Positions 59,770-64,000 of a stretch of DNA of 64,000 nucleotides are shown in pieces. The DNA comes from the human T2T-CHM13v2.0 reference genome, Homo sapiens. Positions within the stretch are counted from its first letter, which is position 1; every line of letters begins with the position of its first letter. The notes under the pieces are model-generated. The model had not been told where the DNA came from. It searched no databases and was given only the letters and a program-made list of their open reading frames with translations. Position numbers and translations under genes: made by a program. The DNA is taken from assembly GCF_009914755.1 (NCBI RefSeq), contig NC_060931.1. The stretch is one strand, 5' to 3'.

Positions 59770-60213
59770 GGAATTTTTTAATATGGTGAAAAACTGTGTT
59801 AAACTTGGGAGTTTGAGCTTATTTATAGCTTCTCAATGTAACTTCCAGATCAGTTAATTGAGATAAGAGGTATCCACTGTCCACAAGTGAGACAATTAAA
59901 TCAGGTAGCGCTATTTGTCTTTGTAAAAAAAAAATTTTTTTTTAGATTCTAACACAGACTGTAGCATATACAAAATTATTTAGAAAATATATCTTAGAAA
60001 TTAAATTTATAGGAGAGTTAATATTAAGGATAATTATTACATGTTATTTTTATGATATATTTATAGCACAACTTATGTTTTCATGCAGGATCTTGTATTT
60101 TTGAGTTTGAATGTTAAATGTTGCAAATAAAATGAGCTCTGTGATTTAAAATATGGAATAATATTTCTTTTTCATATTAATGTTACAATCTTGAGAGATT
60201 TTTCTATTATTTT

Positions 60214-60560
60214 ATGATTATTTTTGAGTGGGTAAAGTTCACAGTCTACAGTTTCACTCTTAGTCACCTAACTGTAGCCAACATTTTGGTCATTTTCTCT
60301 GAGCAAATTTTGGAGATTATGGTAGCCTTTGGATTAAAACATTTACTCAGTTATTTTTCATGCAAAGATGTTTATTGTGTTCACACAGTGACCAATCATG
60401 CGACAGAGGGCAACCCCTGATTTTTAGTGTCTTCCGTTACATTGCCATCAGCACCAGAAACTAAAGGTGCCCAAGCTGAAAGTAAAAGCCCTAAAGCACA
60501 TTGGCTCCTCCCATGCTCTGCTGGACCCAGAGTAGTAAATACTAGATTTTTCTATCGCTA
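60214..60560 (+). pseudogene. Degraded VN1R (V1R) receptor fragment, TM2-TM4 region
   Basis: LSHLTVANILVIFSEQILEIMVAFGLKHLLSYFSCKDVYCVHTV, then in shifted frames SVFRYIAISTRN* and LKVKALKHIGSS; compare V1R motifs HLTVAN, MAAFGLKHFL..GCK, AITISP, LKVKALKYIG. Confidence 0.7.
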
Positions 60561-60887
60561 TTGCTGACAAGTTAAGTAACAAATAGCACAGAAAAACTGA
60601 GGAAAATGCATTGATACATTTTTTAGTTCTTTATAGTTTATAAAACTTAATAGTTTCTAAATTATTATATGTTAAAACAATTTGAACATGCAGATATCTA
60701 TAAGTTCTATCTAGATGATGGTATTAATATTGTAATGCTTATAATATAGCAAGAATTATCCCATTTGGTTTACTGCAAAGTAGTTACTTCTCTTCTAAAT
60801 GTAAGTAGTGAATAGGGTTTCTATGATCATAAGCATACAAGGTCTTTAAGATGATCACTAAGATTAGAATAAAATTCACAGGCTTAG

Positions 60888-63035
<2,148 letters not shown>

Positions 63036-63254
63036 GAAAGAATTATATTATTCTGAACAATGATAATTAACATATTTTATTATTGAGTGATAGGTTCACA
63101 CTATTCATGATATCAAAAGTTTACTTACCAACATCACTAAGTAACCAAGCTGTGTGTAATTAAAAATAAATGCATATCTTTCCTGAAATTATAAGATATG
63201 AAGAATCATTTATTTCTCTGGCCCAATTTTTAAAGTTAAGTTTTACAAAAAAAA

Positions 63255-63760
63255 AATGTATTACTATAATATTTGGTTGACAAATCAAAATTGCATATTT
63301 ATGGGGTACAGTGTAATGTTTTGATATGTGTATAAAATATGAAATAAGACAAGTTAACTAACACATCTATCACCTCACTTACCAATCATTTTTTGTGGTG
63401 AGACATTAAAACTTACTGTTAGTTATTTTGAAACATACATACATTATCATTGACTATAATCACCCTACTGTGCAATAGATCTCAAAACCTCTTTATTTTG
63501 TCTGTAAAACTGCATTCTTTTATCAACATCTGCCTCTGGTAAACAATTATTCCACATTCTGCTTTGTTATTAAAACTTTATTAGATTCTACATATAAATG
63601 AAATCATGCAGTACTTTTGTTTGTGTGCCTGGCTTATTGTACTTAGCAAAGTATCCTCTAAATGTATCCATATTTTTTCAATTGACAATATTTCCCCCCT
63701 TTTTAAGGCTACATGGGATCCATTGTGTATGCTATTATTCTAAATGTATACACCACATTT
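63255..63760 (-). mobile_element. L1MA-like antisense 3' end
   Basis: atatttatggggtacagtgtaatgttttgatatgtgtata..gtgagacatt..gtgcaatagatctc..gcctggcttatt. Confidence 0.75.
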
Positions 63761-63945
63761 AGAATAAAATTGTAATTTAAATATATATTCATCTATTGGT
63801 TGGAAAACTCATGTAATGGAAAAATATTTGTGTGAAAGAATGTATTAACATAATGCAGCATATAAATATCTAGTTAATAATAGCTAATTTGTACTGAGCA
63901 ATAACCATAACACTATACATGTGTTAATAAATTTTGTTTTCACAG

Positions 63946-64000
63946 TGATATGGTCTGGCTGTGTCCACACCCAAATCTCATTGTGAATTGTAGTTCCCAT
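63946..64000 (+). mobile_element. Start of a THE1 LTR (runs off the window)
   Basis: tgatatggtctggctgtgtccacacccaaatctcattgtgaattgtagttcccat. Confidence 0.85.

Overview
Primate (human-like) genomic DNA rich in Alu, L1 and LTR repeats. It resembles the 7p11.2 pericentromeric KRAB-ZNF/segmental-duplication region. The only intact protein-coding gene is a 4-exon KRAB C2H2 zinc-finger gene on + (coding 33801-53461, 495 aa after splicing), which I recognise as ZNF716. Upstream are a vomeronasal receptor (VN1R) pseudogene on -, a full-length SAPCD2 processed pseudogene with target-site duplications, the decayed 3' end of a second ZNF gene on -, a ~6.7 kb GC-rich block of unknown origin, and a truncated MER41 provirus. 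That provirus's internal region contains a ~1.6 kb AT-rich satellite with a ~0.8 kb quasi-palindrome (PATRR-like). Downstream are a THE1-type MaLR element and a second VN1R remnant. I see no convincing new multi-gene system. The most interesting signals are structural or regulatory: the AT palindrome, a GAS-bearing MER41 LTR ~2 kb from the ZNF promoter, inverted Alus and an Alu-derived polyA signal in the 3'UTR, and a sense L1 between the KRAB and finger exons. Repeat subfamily names and pseudogene numbers are from recall and need RepeatMasker/BLAT confirmation. Repeat boundaries are approximate.
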